NCBI RefSeq assembly: GCF_000143415.4
Contig: NW_003314354.1
Location: 677,857-741,856 of the forward strand
Origin: Selaginella moellendorffii
Taxonomy: Eukaryota; Plantae; Lycopodiophyta
DNA: 64,000 nucleotides
Direction of reading: 5' to 3'
The position numbers and the translations under genes are program-made. The notes below the pieces were generated by a model, which saw only the letters and a list, made by a program, of their open reading frames with translations, was not told the origin of the DNA and did no database searches. Shown here piece by piece: positions 62,411 through 64,000 of this stretch (positions are counted from its first letter, which is position 1; each line of letters starts with the position of its first letter).

Positions 62411-63750
62411 CTAGCAAAAGTCCCAGCTACGCTGGGAGCATCGTGTTTATTTCTGATATTTTATTAATTTCAAAGAGTTGTAAGTGTAATTGTAATTTTT
62501 AACATAATCATAATTATAAGATATATAGTTAAATATAACATAAGATTTATATTAAAAATCCTTTCTAAAATTGAATCTATCACCAACACACATCATAACA
62601 TAATAAATAAAACTCATTACATTATATCATATTTAAAACTGATTCTTTAGTGAAGTTTTGAATTTTCTATAAATGGAATTGCTCAATATGGGATCCAGAT
62701 GAGTCATTTAGAGATTGAGGTTCGATAACTAATGTTTTTTTTTATTTGAAATCTCTATATAATTGATAAACAATATTATTACTTGATGATTCATTCAACT
62801 CTACAATTTTTCCTCTTAAGAAAGTAAGTGTTACTTAGGTACACTAAAATATAATGATGATATATATAAACTCATCTAAACTACAAACATCTTTTAAATT
62901 TATAAAAATATAAACAATATTATGGATTTTAAATTTTCCTCATTTCAGACTGAAAGTTTTGGAATTGCATGATATTAAGTCAAAGATGTTAGGTTAATGT
63001 GTTATTTTTTCTTTCAAAAACTTTTAATATTTTACATATTTATCTTTGATATTCCCTTTTTACCTAATATTTATATTTATGCATTTTGAGAGTACTATTT
63101 AAAATTAGAAGTATTCTATTATTTAACATTAACATTCTTTCTTCTATATTTTTATATATAGAGAATGCTAATCTGAAACAAGATTATTATCTCTCTATAT
63201 TCATGTAAATATATTTAAAATTAAGGCTTTATAAAACTGTTATGAATGCTGAAATTATATTATGATAAATGAATGGTAATGTTTTACTCTATACTGGGGT
63301 AGAGTAGGGTTTGATGATATGTAATCTTTTCTTTATGCTAGAATTATAATTTATCAGAAAATTCATGAATGCTATATAGATAGGTCTAATATAAATAAAT
63401 TGCAGTTTTTTTTCATGTATAAATGCAATGTAGGATTAAGTGTTAGAAAATTTTATTATAATATATAAATCTTAGACTATATCTTAGCCATTTGACAACT
63501 CAATGGGTTTAATTTTATTTATGCTTTTATTAATAAGTACCATAAAATTACTGAAAAAAAAATTATTTTACACAAGATTTATAATCATAATTATAATTTT
63601 TAACATAATCAATATTATAAAATATATGGTTAACATAATATAATATTTATATTTAAAATTTCCTTCTACAATTTACTCGATCACCAACACACATCATAAC
63701 ATAATAAATAAAACTCATAACATTGTATCTTTGATCTTTTATAAGTGGAA
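62411..63750 (-). mobile_element. AT-rich non-autonomous Helitron (3' end at 62411)
   Basis: A-CTAG at 62410-62414 and hairpin TCCCAGC-TAC-GCTGGGA at 62421-62437, same terminus type as 39113 and 21309; far end uncertain. Confidence 0.65.
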
Positions 63751-64000
63751 TTACTCATTATGAAATCCCACTCTTAAGGATAGGTTCGATATGAATGGCT
63801 GCACGAGTGAAAATTTAGAAACTTGATATTCTGTGAGAGGAAGAAACTAAAACTTTAAAAGATCATACATGTATATAGATGATCATGGCAGCAGCAGCAG
63901 TGATTATTATTTTGTATTTTGCTCTCAGCCTGTACACCTACCGGAGCAGCTAATGAACCCCGTGAGCTTGCATCGGTCTCTCGGGCGAGTCCCTTTTTTT

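Overview
This is repeat-rich land-plant nuclear DNA. Introns of about 50 bp, PLS-PPR remnants and a centriole-type gene suggest a plant with flagellated sperm such as the lycophyte Selaginella (inference). Host genes: the 3' part of a GT37 xyloglucan fucosyltransferase (2-1126), a plant multi-pass membrane protein gene (10801-12602), a CCDC15-like gene with a duplicated C-terminal Cys module (32592-34238, minus), and PPR and other pseudogenes. Most of the window is nested transposons. (1) A young 3.3-kb chromovirus-type element (16130-19463) has identical 112-bp LTRs and intact Gag and integrase-chromodomain ORFs, but no protease or RT. Its 3' UTR is an array of 8 stem-loops with different stems and a shared C-CGT(A)T(T)-G loop. 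(2) A decayed chromovirus carries a TRIM and a solo LTR. (3) There are three Helitron ends. (4) An 18-kb nest of one non-coding LTR family (40806-58573) contains a shared-LTR tandem array. Its 4.07-kb internal domain has no coding capacity and is an almost unbroken chain of short hairpins, including a duplicated four-way junction with compensatory changes and two tRNA-like T-loops. The best novelty candidates are these RNA-structure-based non-autonomous retroelements. All calls were made by eye; no searches or folding programs were run.
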